A stretch of DNA of 64,000 bases from an uncultured Desulfatitalea sp. (GTDB lineage Bacteria; Desulfobacterota; Desulfobacteria; Desulfobacterales; Desulfosarcinaceae). Positions 1 through 9,508 of the stretch are shown here, piece by piece. The notes beneath the pieces were generated by a model. The model was not told where the DNA came from. It worked only from the letters and a program-made list of their open reading frames with translations, and made no database searches. A program made the position numbers and the translations under genes. Every line of letters starts with the position of its first letter. Positions within the stretch are counted from its first letter, which is position 1. The DNA is taken from assembly GCA_963668675.2 (NCBI GenBank), contig CAXXMB010000002.1, positions 2,464,001-2,528,000 on the forward strand. The letters run 5' to 3'.

Positions 1-1
1 T

Positions 2-253
2 GTTTTCGGCGATGTGGGCAGCATGGGAAGCGGCGATCTCTCGGTCTCGGTCGACGCCATTGACGAGGCCACCTGCCTGAAAATCGATATTTCCAGTGTG
101 GACGGTCTGCCCAACGAAAATCGTTTCGTGTTTCGCTATGCCATCTTCAGGGGCTTTGCAGAGGTGCTCGCCAAACGGTTGCGCATCACCACCTCCAAGT
201 ATTTGGAAGCCAGGGAGGAGTTGGAGCGATTGCGTCAACAGCTGGATCAATAA
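2..253 (+). CDS. C-terminal part of a probable cyclic-nucleotide-binding domain protein (5' truncated by window)
   Basis: Frame is open from position 2. VFGDVGSMGSGDLSVSVDAIDEATCL resembles the FGE...RSA(S/T)VxA segment of cNMP-binding domains and is followed by a helical tail. Confidence 0.5.
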   Translation, partial: VFGDVGSMGSGDLSVSVDAIDEATCLKIDISSVDGLPNENRFVFRYAIFRGFAEVLAKRLRITTSKYLEAREELERLRQQLDQ

Positions 254-278
254 GCATTCCCAACCAGATTGAACTGAT

Positions 279-317
279 AAAAGCCCGTCCGGAAAAGCCG
301 GCCGGGCTTTCTGTTTT
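279..317 (+). terminator. Intrinsic terminator
   Basis: AAAGCCCGTCCGG-loop-CCGGCCGGGCTTT followed by a T-rich tract, just after the stop at 253. Confidence 0.7.
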
Positions 318-473
318 AAGATTCAATAGGGCTGACGGGCGATCATTGTTGACTCATCCGGGAATTTTTATTATCAGGTCATGACTTTTTACTCGTTTTT
401 GCTGATCGAATGAAATTCAGCGGCAATCGTGCTCCTCTAAAAACAGCATTCATCCAGTGGTGGAAAGGGAGTT

Positions 474-2432
474 ATGACGTACTTTTTCCTGTCCTTGCTG
501 ATCATTTTCTGTGGTGGCACGCTTCCTCTTGTTTTTATTAAAAATTTTAAGTTGATGCGAGCGGTTTCTGTCGTTTTGACAGCGGCAGGATGCGCTCTCG
601 GCCTGGTCGATGCCTGCGGCCGCATTTTCAACGCAACAGCTGTCAGTGTTTCTTTCAACTTGGCCAATTCACTTACCCTCGGCTTCAAATTGGACGTCCT
701 GTCCGCCTTTTTCCTGATGGCCATTTTTCTCATCTCTTTGCTTGCCGTCATTTACAGTTACCATTACATGGACAAGGCCGAGAAAGCGTTTCGTACAGCA
801 GGATGTTTTCTTTTTACCAGCCTGTTGATTGCAGCCATGGCGCTGGTGGTCGCGGCTGACAACATTATCAGTTTTATCGCATCATGGGAGATCATGTCCT
901 TGGCGTCCTTCTTCTTGGTAGTATACAACTACGAGAACGATGAGAACCGTAAGGCGGGGTATCTCTATGCGATATATTCCCAGGTGGGGGCCATGTTCAT
1001 CCTCGGGGCGTTCGGTGTCATGTATGCCCATAGCGGCAGCTTGGGGTTCGATGCCGCGGCCGGTTTAACCGAGAGTGCCAAAATCCTGGTCTTCATTCTC
1101 GCCTTCGTCGGCTTTGGATCAAAAGCGGGTGTCTTTCCGCTGCACGCCTGGCTGCCCCATGCCCACCCGGCAGCGCCCAGCCACATTTCAGCCATCATGT
1201 CCGGTGTGATGATCAAGACCGGAATTTACGGCATCGTACGCATGTATGACATATTGGTTTTGCCTGCCCCGCTGTTCGGACAGATCGTATTGATTGCCGG
1301 CATCGTTTCCGGCGTTCTGGGGGTGGTTTATGCGCTGGGACAGCACGATCTGAAACGGCTGCTGGCCTATCACAGCGTGGAGAATATCGGTATTATTCTG
1401 ATCGGCATCGGATTGGGCATGATCGGTGTGGCAGCCCGCCAGCCGGTCATGGCCGTACTCGGATTTGCCGGCGGGCTGCTGCATGTGCTCAACCATTCGA
1501 TCTTTAAGTCGCTGCTCTTCATGGGCGCCGGGATGGTGCTTCATCAAACCGGCACGCGGGCCATCGATACGCTGGGCGGCTTGATCAAACGGATGAAGAT
1601 TACCGGCACCACCTTTCTCATCGGCTCGTTGGCCATTTCCGGGTTGCCGCCTTTTAACGGGTTTGTCAGCGAGTTTTTGATCTACATGGGCGGGTTCAAG
1701 GGCATCGCCCTGAACGATTTCGACTTCGCTCTCAGCATGATGGGCATTGTCAGCCTCGCCATCATCGGCGGATTGGCGCTGGCCTGTTTTACCAAGGTAG
1801 TGGGAGTGGTCTTTCAGGGGGAGCCGCGTACCCCGGCAGCCCAAAATGCAGGTGAAAAGGGGCCTGCCATGCTTGTACCCATGGTGGTCCTGGCGGCCGT
1901 TTGTCTTGTGATCGGGGTCTTTCCGCCCTTTTTTGCGACCATGGCGATCAAAGCGGTGGCCGCCATTGAACTGGGATACGGCCGCATTCCCCTGGAGCCT
2001 TTCGTCCAGTGGACGACCAATATCACCCGAGCGGCGGCGATTGTTTTTGCGGTGTTTATCGCCGTTGTTGCCCTGCGTACCCTGCTATATCGCAGGAAAA
2101 GCATTACGCAATCCGGTACATGGGGCTGCGGTTTTACCCGTCCGACGGTTAAGATGCAATATACGGGTTCTTCCTATGCAGCTTCCATCCTGGAATTCTT
2201 CAAGCCGGTGGCGCCTGTCACCGAGGCGCATCCGGCCATCAAGGGCCGTTTTCCGGTCAAAACCCATTACCATAGTCATGTGCATGATATTGCCGAAGTG
2301 AACATGGGACGCCTGGTCGTACGGCCGGTCCTCTTTCTTTTTGACCAACTGCGGTGGCTGCAGCACGGCGATATTCATCTTTACATCGGCTATATCCTGC
2401 TGGCGATCGTGGCGCTGCTGTTCTTTGTGTAA
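474..2432 (+). CDS. hyfB: Hydrogenase-4 component B-like antiporter-type membrane subunit (EhrA/NuoL-MrpA family)
   Basis: 652 aa polytopic protein with WEIMSLASFFLV, KAGVFPLHAWLPHAHPAAPSHISA, KRLLAYHSVENIG and TWGCG motifs. Confidence 0.9.
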   Translation: MTYFFLSLLIIFCGGTLPLVFIKNFKLMRAVSVVLTAAGCALGLVDACGRIFNATAVSVSFNLANSLTLGFKLDVLSAFFLMAIFLISLLAVIYSYHYMDKAEKAFRTAGCFLFTSLLIAAMALVVAADNIISFIASWEIMSLASFFLVVYNYENDENRKAGYLYAIYSQVGAMFILGAFGVMYAHSGSLGFDAAAGLTESAKILVFILAFVGFGSKAGVFPLHAWLPHAHPAAPSHISAIMSGVMIKTGIYGIVRMYDILVLPAPLFGQIVLIAGIVSGVLGVVYALGQHDLKRLLAYHSVENIGIILIGIGLGMIGVAARQPVMAVLGFAGGLLHVLNHSIFKSLLFMGAGMVLHQTGTRAIDTLGGLIKRMKITGTTFLIGSLAISGLPPFNGFVSEFLIYMGGFKGIALNDFDFALSMMGIVSLAIIGGLALACFTKVVGVVFQGEPRTPAAQNAGEKGPAMLVPMVVLAAVCLVIGVFPPFFATMAIKAVAAIELGYGRIPLEPFVQWTTNITRAAAIVFAVFIAVVALRTLLYRRKSITQSGTWGCGFTRPTVKMQYTGSSYAASILEFFKPVAPVTEAHPAIKGRFPVKTHYHSHVHDIAEVNMGRLVVRPVLFLFDQLRWLQHGDIHLYIGYILLAIVALLFFV

Positions 2433-2478
2433 GTAAAGAAGCGGAAAGGCAAACCCCCCAACCCAAAAGGCTACACTG

Positions 2479-3396
2479 ATGCGCCCTATCATTCTACTGC
2501 TCCTGGCGATGCTTCTGGCACCGCTCTATTCAGCCTTGATTCTCAAGGTCAAGGCGTTCTTCGGCGGCAAAAAGGGTCCGCCGCTGTTGATCAATTACTA
2601 CACCTTGATCAAGCTGCTGAAGAAGGGGTCGGTCTATAGCACAAGTACGACCGTTATCTTTAAAATGGGCCCCATGGTTTCGCTGTCTGCGGCCGTGACA
2701 GTGCTGATGTTTTTGCCCATTGCCGGACTGCAGCCCGTTTTTTCCTTTCATGGCGATGTGATTTTTCTTCTTTACCTTTTGGGGCTGGGTCGCTTTTTCA
2801 CCATCGCCGCGGCCATGGATACCGCCTCTCCGTTTGAAGGCATGGGGGCGGCCCGGGAGGCCTATTTCCCCATCATCTGCGAAGCCACGCTCTTCATGAT
2901 GCTCGTTTTGTTTTACATCCTGACCGGCGAGTTGAAGCTGGCAGCCTACTTTTCAGGCGGACAACCGCTCGGCCTGTGGCAGACTGCCGGCGCGCCCCTG
3001 CTCTTCGTGGTCTTTGCGCTCTTTATCGTCCTGCTGACCGAGAACTCACGGGTGCCCGTAGACGATCCCGCCACCCATTTGGAGTTGACCATGATTCACG
3101 AGGTGATGGTGCTCGATCACAGCGGTCCCGATTTTGCTTTGATTGAGCTGGGTTCCTTTTTCAAGCTCTTTTTCTACGCGACCCTGGTGACCCATCTGCT
3201 TTGTCCGTTTGTTTTTGTTGCACCAGCGGCCAACACGCTTTTGTTCTTCGTAATACTGGCTTTCGTATACGTGGCCGTGGGTGTGACGGAATCGATCATG
3301 GCCCGCTATCGTATGGACAAGGTGCCTCAATTTGTGCTGACATCCTTTGCATTGGTCTTTTTTGCCACCGTTATTACGCTGGAGTTTTTGAAATGA
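2479..3396 (+). CDS. hyfC: Hydrogenase-4 component C-like (NuoH family) membrane subunit
   Basis: GPPLL..Y..L.KLL.K, FEGMGAARE and ENSRVPVDDPATHLELTMIHE motifs. Confidence 0.9.
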   Translation: MRPIILLLLAMLLAPLYSALILKVKAFFGGKKGPPLLINYYTLIKLLKKGSVYSTSTTVIFKMGPMVSLSAAVTVLMFLPIAGLQPVFSFHGDVIFLLYLLGLGRFFTIAAAMDTASPFEGMGAAREAYFPIICEATLFMMLVLFYILTGELKLAAYFSGGQPLGLWQTAGAPLLFVVFALFIVLLTENSRVPVDDPATHLELTMIHEVMVLDHSGPDFALIELGSFFKLFFYATLVTHLLCPFVFVAPAANTLLFFVILAFVYVAVGVTESIMARYRMDKVPQFVLTSFALVFFATVITLEFLK

Positions 3397-4034
3397 TTCA
3401 ATCGCTGGATACGATCCTGGTATTGGTGCTGCTGTCGGTACTGTTCTCTTTCGGCTCCAGCCGGTTGCCGGCTCTGATTAAGGTTCTGGCCTTCCAGGGG
3501 GTTGTGGTCTCCATCGTGCCGTTTTTTATCGGACACGATCTGACCACCGGCGGGATCGCCTTTACCATCGTGACCCTGTTGATACGGGGCTTTGGCATTC
3601 CCCTCTACATCTATCTGGCCATCAAAAAGGTCGCCATTGGACGGGAGGTTGAGCCGATTGTCGGCTACCACGCCTCATTGCTGGCCGGTTTGGCACTGAT
3701 CGTCGGGGCCATCTTCGTCAGCCCCAAATTCAATCTGCCGTTGGTGCAGGACCACACCCTGTTGCTGCCCACGGCCATCGTTTTGATCGTGGCTGGTATG
3801 TTTCTGCTCATGGCGCGTCGCAATGCCATCGCCATGGTGCTGGGCTACATCATGATGGAGAACGGGATCTACCTCATCGGTACCAGTTTTTCTGTTCGTG
3901 CCCAGCACATCGTGGAGTTCGGCATCCTTCTCGACGTTCTGGCCGGCGTGATGATCATGGCCATTGTGTTGCAGAATATCAAAAAGACCTTTGATGATGT
4001 GGATACGGCACTGCTGAGAACCTTAAAGGAGTAG
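3393..4034 (+). CDS. hyfE: Hydrogenase-4 component E-like membrane subunit
   Basis: ATGA overlap with the hyfC stop gives a start at 3393. REVEP, GYIMMENGI and EFGILLDV motifs. Confidence 0.85.
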   Translation: MIQSLDTILVLVLLSVLFSFGSSRLPALIKVLAFQGVVVSIVPFFIGHDLTTGGIAFTIVTLLIRGFGIPLYIYLAIKKVAIGREVEPIVGYHASLLAGLALIVGAIFVSPKFNLPLVQDHTLLLPTAIVLIVAGMFLLMARRNAIAMVLGYIMMENGIYLIGTSFSVRAQHIVEFGILLDVLAGVMIMAIVLQNIKKTFDDVDTALLRTLKE

Positions 4035-4046
4035 GTGTGGGGTTTT

Positions 4047-5468
4047 ATGGTTGAAATCGTTATTCTGCTGCCATTCGCCATGGGCCTGTTGGCCTTTTTT
4101 ATGCCACAGTCCGTCGGCCGGGTGCTGCTGATCATCACCGGCGCCGTCCACCTGGCCCTGTCGGTGGGGATTTGGATCCGGCGGCCCACCGCATTTCTGG
4201 ACACCTATTTTGCCGTAACGGCTGAAGGCCTTTTATCGCTGCTGGTCATATCGTTGCTTTTTTTTCTGATCGCCGTTTACACCCGGGGATATCTCAAAGA
4301 GCAGCAGATTCCTTCGGAACCGATCTTTACCGGATCCATGCTGCTTTTCCTTGCCACCATGACCATGGTGACGCTGGCCGATCACATCATGGTCATGTGG
4401 ATTGCCATAGAAGCCACCACCCTCGCCAGTGCACCGTTGATCTATACGCATAGATCCGCGGCCTCGATTGAAGCCACATGGAAGTATGTGCTGATATGCT
4501 CGGTGGGTATCGCCCTGGCCTTGCTGGGGTCGGTACTGCTGGCCCTCTCCATGGATCTGGGCGGTGTGGATGTGCCCATGTCCTTCTCGGCACTGGCCGG
4601 CGCGGCCCGGCAAATGGATCCGTTATGGCTCAAGACCGGGTTTGTCTTCATCCTGGTGGGCTACGGCACCAAAATGGGGTTGGCCCCCATGCACACCTGG
4701 CTGCCCGACGCGCACAGCGAGGCGCCCAGCCCGGCGTCGGCCCTGTTGTCCGGCGTGTTGTTGAACTGCGCCTATCTGGGCATTTTCAAGACCCATAAGA
4801 TTATGCATGCTGCCGGATTGGGTGATTTTTCGGGTACGATTCTCATCGTCTTCGGTTTGGCCTCGATCATCGCTGCGGCGACCTTTATTCTCAAGCAGAC
4901 CGAGTACAAACGATTGCTCGCTTATTCAAGCATCGAAAACATGGGCATCATCGCCTTCGGCACCGGCGTGGGTGGTTTGGGGGCATATGGCGCCGTGTTG
5001 TGCCTGGTGCACCACAGCTTGATCAAATCGTCGCTCTTTCTCTCCTCGGGTAATATTCTGCTCGGCTATGCCGATCGCTTCATCGCGGGGACCGGGCGAC
5101 TGGCCAAATTGATGCCCCGCACTTTCGTTGCCTTCTTCGGCGGATTTGCCGGTATCTCCGGCTTCCCGCCGTTTGGTATTTTTCTGGGCGAAGTGTTTAT
5201 CATCATCGCGGCGTTCCGTGCCCACCACTATGTCGGGGTCGTGCTTTTTATAATGAGTATTTGTGTGATTTTTGCCGGGTTTGCCAACCACGTCATGAAA
5301 ATTTCATTCGGGGCATCCGGCGGCTCAGTTCAATTTCGAGAAAAAGCCGCTATGGTCTGGCCCCAATATGCATTGCTGCTCACGTCACTGGCGCTGTGCT
5401 TCTGGATGCCTGGTACCGTATCGCAGACCATCATGAATGCTGTCAAAACTATCGGCGGGGGATTTTAA
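4047..5468 (+). CDS. hyfF: Hydrogenase-4 component F-like antiporter-type subunit
   Basis: WIAIEATTLASAPL, EATWKY and GYGTKMGLAPMHTWLPDAHSEAP motifs. Start is ATG 4047 or GTG 4035. Confidence 0.88.
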   Translation: MVEIVILLPFAMGLLAFFMPQSVGRVLLIITGAVHLALSVGIWIRRPTAFLDTYFAVTAEGLLSLLVISLLFFLIAVYTRGYLKEQQIPSEPIFTGSMLLFLATMTMVTLADHIMVMWIAIEATTLASAPLIYTHRSAASIEATWKYVLICSVGIALALLGSVLLALSMDLGGVDVPMSFSALAGAARQMDPLWLKTGFVFILVGYGTKMGLAPMHTWLPDAHSEAPSPASALLSGVLLNCAYLGIFKTHKIMHAAGLGDFSGTILIVFGLASIIAAATFILKQTEYKRLLAYSSIENMGIIAFGTGVGGLGAYGAVLCLVHHSLIKSSLFLSSGNILLGYADRFIAGTGRLAKLMPRTFVAFFGGFAGISGFPPFGIFLGEVFIIIAAFRAHHYVGVVLFIMSICVIFAGFANHVMKISFGASGGSVQFREKAAMVWPQYALLLTSLALCFWMPGTVSQTIMNAVKTIGGGF

Positions 5469-5473
5469 TTTTG

Positions 5474-6982
5474 ATGCAGGCGGGATTTATTCAGATCGGC
5501 AATGGCGAAGCAGTCGCAAGAGAGCATATACCGCATCTATCCTTCGAGGTGTTTCGCCAGGAAGCCGTGGCCATTGTCGCAAACGGTGGCAAGGTGGTCC
5601 AATTTTTCGCCTATCCGGACGGGGACACGTTGAAGCTGATGGCTGTGCTCAGGGGCGATCAACTGCTCGTGGCCGGATGTGATGCCCCGGAGAACTATGC
5701 TGCCTTGAGCGCGGAGTGCGAACCGTTTCATCTGTTTGAACGGGAGATGGCTGAACAGTACGGCATCCGTCCCGAAGGCCACCCGTGGTTCAAGATGGTG
5801 CGATACCATGCCAACTACCGGGGTAAACCCGATCTGTTCGACAACGATTACAGCGAAGATATTCCCGGCAATTACGACTACTATGCCGTGGATGGCGAAG
5901 AGATCCATGAGGTGGCTGTGGGACCGGTGCATGCTGGTGTGATCGAACCGGGCCATTTCCGATTCAACTGCATCGGTGAACGGGTCCTGCACTTGGAAAT
6001 TCAGCTGGGCTATCAGCATCGGGGCGTTGAACAACTCCTTCTGAACAGTGATCCGCAGCGCTGGCCGGTGATTGCCGAAGGCATCGCCGGCGATACAAGC
6101 ATTGGCCACACACTTTGCATGGCCCAGGCCATGGAGGCGCTCACGGGCATCTCACCGGATGCAGGCGCGCGTGTGATTCGGACCATTGCTTTCGAATTGG
6201 AGCGCATTGCCAATCATGTGGGTGACCTGGGCGCCCTGAGCGGCGATGTGGCATTTCTGCCCCCGGCCAATTACTGCGGTCGCATGCGCGGCGATTTTCT
6301 CAATATGAGCCTCTGGATCTGCGGTAACCGTTTCGGCAAGGGGCTGGTGCGACCTGGCGGGGTTCTCTTTCCCCTTACCGATGAGGACCGTAAAGTGCTT
6401 TCGGGCCGATTGGCCGAACTCAAGCCCCACGTCGCCCATACCATTGATCTGCTCTTTTCTACCTCCAGCGTTCGTTCCCGTTTTGAAGGCTGTGGCGTGG
6501 TGAGTAAGGCGGACGCGGAAAAATTGGGGCTGGTCGGGCCGGCCGGGCGCGGCTGCGGCATTGCTTATGATGCGCGCCGATGCTTCCCCACCGAGCACTA
6601 CGGTCAGTTGGAGATTCCCGAACACGCCATCACCAGTGGCGATGTTTATGCCCGGGCCAGGATACGGGCCGATGAAGTACTTCAATCCATGGAAATTGTC
6701 CAGGCGCTGCTCGATCAGCCAGTGGAGACGCAATGTGTTGGAACAAACCATACAGGCCTTCCGGCCTCTTCGTTTGTGGTGACGCTGAATGAAGGATGGC
6801 GCGGTGAAGTATCCCATTGCGTTTTGACCGATGACCAGGGGCGGTTGCAGCGTTACAAGGTCAAGGACCCCTCGTTTCACAACTGGAACGGACTGGCCAT
6901 GGCGTTAAGGGATACGGGGATCTCGGATTTTCCCCTCAACAACAAGAGCTTCAATTTGTCCTATTGCGGTTATGATTTATAA
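5474..6982 (+). CDS. hyfG: HyfG/NuoCD-like large subunit lacking Ni ligands (Ehr large subunit)
   Basis: GPVHAGVIEPGHFRF, LGYQHRG, EGWRGE and KDPSFHNW motifs. The L1 site reads EGIAGDTSIGH and the L2 site KSFNLSYCGYDL, so both CxxC pairs are missing. Confidence 0.88.
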   Translation: MQAGFIQIGNGEAVAREHIPHLSFEVFRQEAVAIVANGGKVVQFFAYPDGDTLKLMAVLRGDQLLVAGCDAPENYAALSAECEPFHLFEREMAEQYGIRPEGHPWFKMVRYHANYRGKPDLFDNDYSEDIPGNYDYYAVDGEEIHEVAVGPVHAGVIEPGHFRFNCIGERVLHLEIQLGYQHRGVEQLLLNSDPQRWPVIAEGIAGDTSIGHTLCMAQAMEALTGISPDAGARVIRTIAFELERIANHVGDLGALSGDVAFLPPANYCGRMRGDFLNMSLWICGNRFGKGLVRPGGVLFPLTDEDRKVLSGRLAELKPHVAHTIDLLFSTSSVRSRFEGCGVVSKADAEKLGLVGPAGRGCGIAYDARRCFPTEHYGQLEIPEHAITSGDVYARARIRADEVLQSMEIVQALLDQPVETQCVGTNHTGLPASSFVVTLNEGWRGEVSHCVLTDDQGRLQRYKVKDPSFHNWNGLAMALRDTGISDFPLNNKSFNLSYCGYDL

Positions 6983-7079
6983 CTCAACTTTCAGGGATCA
7001 AGACCCACTGGACTCGGCTTAATATGTGGATTTAATGAAACCCAAAATTTATACCATAAGAATTTTAAAAGTATAAGCC

Positions 7080-7237
7080 CAGTGTCGTTAACCTAAGCAG
7101 ACGCAGCGGGCGGGCGTAAAGCCCGCCCCTACGAAATGTTACCAGGAACAAAGCCTGCTACCATACACAAACCTTGTCGGGGAGGGCTTTACGCCCGCCC
7201 GGAGCGGTAGCGCAAAAACCTTAAGTTAATGACATTG
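7080..7237. mobile_element. MITE-like element (158 bp) carrying an inverted REP doublet
   Basis: Terminal inverted repeats CAGTGTCGTTAACCTAAG / CTTAAGTTAATGACATTG (15/18). Flanking direct repeats AGTATAAGCC (7070-79) and AGTATAAACC (7238-47). Internal GTAGGGGCGGGCTTTACGCCCGCCC-type palindromes. Confidence 0.7.
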
Positions 7238-7286
7238 AGTATAAACCTATGAGTTAAGGATATCTGGGCGGATAGGGAAGAAAATT

Positions 7287-8030
7287 ATGCTCAAGACGCT
7301 GAAGAACAGATTCGAGCAAGGATACCGGACCTCGCGTTATCCAAAAGAGACGATTGAACTGCCAGCCCGCTATCGCGGGGTGCCCAGGATCAACAACGAG
7401 GTCTCATCCGAATTGGCTGTTGCCTGTGCCGATGCTTGCCCACAGTCTGCTATTGATGCCAAAGCAAAGCGGATCGACCTGGGGCGCTGTGTTTTTTGCG
7501 GCACCTGCGAGCGTCTCTCCGAAGGAAGATTTGTTTCGTTCAGCCGGGATTTCGAGCTCTCCACAGCCGCCAGGGAAGACCTGCTGACCCAGGGGACGCT
7601 GCCTGCCCTTGCCGATCACGCCAAGAAGCATTTCAAGAAACTCTTCGGTCGCTCATTGCAGCTGCGCCAGGTATCGGCCGCCGGATGCAATGCCTGCGAG
7701 GCCGATCTCAACGTGTTGGCCACACCCTTTTTCGATCTGGCCCGATTCGGCATCAATTTTGTGGCCTCGCCCCGGCACGCCGACGGTATCGTGGTCACCG
7801 GCCCCATTTCCCGTAACATGAAAACCGCTTTGCTGCAGACCTACGAGGCGGTGCCGGCACCCAAAGTGGTCATCGCCGTTGGCAGTTGTGCCATCAGCGG
7901 CGGTCCCTTTCACGGCAGCCCCGAGATCACCGAAGGGTTGGATACGCTTCTGCCCGTGGACCTGTTTGTCCCGGGCTGCCCGCCCCATCCCCTCACCAAT
8001 CTGCATGCCCTGCTCAGCTTTTTTAAATAG
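7287..8030 (+). CDS. hyfI: HyfI/NuoB-like small subunit with fused N-terminal ferredoxin-like segment (Ehr small subunit)
   Basis: N-terminal CADACP...CVFCGTC, then GCNACE, ASPRHAD, GSCAISGG and PGCPPHP. Confidence 0.85.
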   Translation: MLKTLKNRFEQGYRTSRYPKETIELPARYRGVPRINNEVSSELAVACADACPQSAIDAKAKRIDLGRCVFCGTCERLSEGRFVSFSRDFELSTAAREDLLTQGTLPALADHAKKHFKKLFGRSLQLRQVSAAGCNACEADLNVLATPFFDLARFGINFVASPRHADGIVVTGPISRNMKTALLQTYEAVPAPKVVIAVGSCAISGGPFHGSPEITEGLDTLLPVDLFVPGCPPHPLTNLHALLSFFK

Positions 8031-8073
8031 AAGCGGCCTGAGCTGTTTCGGGTTGCGATCGCCTCGATAAAAA

Positions 8074-9495
8074 TTACGGCTGGATCAATATGGTTGGATA
8101 CAATCCCTCCAACGCTCCCTCCGGGTAAGGCTGGATGGTGTTGAACGAGATGTTCTGGTTTTTCTGGGCGTGGCCCTTGTTCTTAATACCGTCATACAAC
8201 GCGCCGTTGGCCTCCAGAATGTGGTGAATGCGTTCCCGGAAGGCGTTGACAAACGTCTTACCACTGCCCTCGAAGACCATGTCACCCTGGGAAAGATTTG
8301 AATCGACTTTCGACAGTTTTGCGAGGCTGATGCTGTTTGCTTCAAGATCGGTCTGATCATTGATCATGCCCCATACCAGGTGGCCGGGAGGCACACTCAG
8401 TGGCGCTTTGATATCGATGATGGTGTGGGGCATGACGATGCAATCCTTGCCGATGGCCAACCGGTTGTCGGGTCGCCCGTGCAGAAAGCTGTTGAAACCC
8501 ACAAAGACATTTTCGCCCATGTCCGCCTCGATGATTTTCGCGCCATGGGCGGTCACATTGTTGCCCTCCAGACGTGAGTTGATGATGTAGCAGTTCTCCT
8601 GGGCATTGGCGCCTTTGCCCAGCCAGGAATTTTGCAGGTAGGCCCTTTGGGCAACCAGTACATTGTCACCGATATGGGTTTTAGGTTTTACCACCGCGAA
8701 ACGGTCCAGCGATGCGGTGTTGGGGACACTCACCGATGGTGCCACATTGACCACCTCGAAAATTTGTTGAAAAGCGGCTTTGCGATCTTCCACAAAATCG
8801 ATGAGCAATCCCTGGGGCAGTTTGTTTTGATCGAAAAAGATATAGTGGTTCAATTTGTCGATGGGGTGGTGGTAGAGAAAGTTGAACACGCCCGGTACAC
8901 GGACCCATATGGTCCCCGGATCGATGTTGAGATGGCCGATTTCGCCGGCTTGAATGTATGAGAATGTGCCGAGTACACAGTCGTTCATGGTGGTCAAATC
9001 GACGGTGGCAAACGGGCCTAGAAAGCTGCCGTCGGTGGGCGAACCGTGAATATTGGCATAATGGGTGCTCACCGTATTGGTAATGAAAAATTTTTCGAGG
9101 GTTTCCGGGTCATGGGAAAAATTGTGAACCAGCGTTTTGATCAAAAAACTGTCCTCGATTTCGATCGCTTCGTCCCTGTGCACCTGAATGTTGAAATTCT
9201 CATAGTTGACGACATCCCCTTGTTTTTTGAGTTCATCACCGCGGATGTCGCTTTTGTAAAGAATGGAGTTGGCCACACGGCATTTTCCCAGAAAATAGCT
9301 CCCGGCCAGGTTGGAGTGCCGAAAGACAAAGTTCAGTGGATGGTGTGGTGTAATCCCATAGAACGCGTAGAATTGGACCAGCTTTTCCAAACTGACGAGG
9401 TGGCTGATATAAGGGGTGACATCCACCTTAAGCTCGCGCAGGTTGATATTGGCCCGTTGTACGATTCTGTCGAAAAGTGTTTTCAGTTCTTTCAT
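8074..9495 (-). CDS. Left-handed beta-helix (hexapeptide repeat) protein with two gamma-carbonic-anhydrase-like domains
   Basis: Hexapeptide repeats. IRGD, LVH and HYANIHG in the first domain; NAQENC and AHGAKII in the second. Confidence 0.6.
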   Translation of the reverse strand: MKELKTLFDRIVQRANINLRELKVDVTPYISHLVSLEKLVQFYAFYGITPHHPLNFVFRHSNLAGSYFLGKCRVANSILYKSDIRGDELKKQGDVVNYENFNIQVHRDEAIEIEDSFLIKTLVHNFSHDPETLEKFFITNTVSTHYANIHGSPTDGSFLGPFATVDLTTMNDCVLGTFSYIQAGEIGHLNIDPGTIWVRVPGVFNFLYHHPIDKLNHYIFFDQNKLPQGLLIDFVEDRKAAFQQIFEVVNVAPSVSVPNTASLDRFAVVKPKTHIGDNVLVAQRAYLQNSWLGKGANAQENCYIINSRLEGNNVTAHGAKIIEADMGENVFVGFNSFLHGRPDNRLAIGKDCIVMPHTIIDIKAPLSVPPGHLVWGMINDQTDLEANSISLAKLSKVDSNLSQGDMVFEGSGKTFVNAFRERIHHILEANGALYDGIKNKGHAQKNQNISFNTIQPYPEGALEGLYPTILIQP

Positions 9496-9508
9496 CGTCG
9501 ATCCTCGG

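Noticed and set aside
5474..6982. Third functional [NiFe]-hydrogenase or formate hydrogenlyase
   Set aside because: Both Ni-binding CxxC motifs are absent and no formate dehydrogenase gene is nearby.
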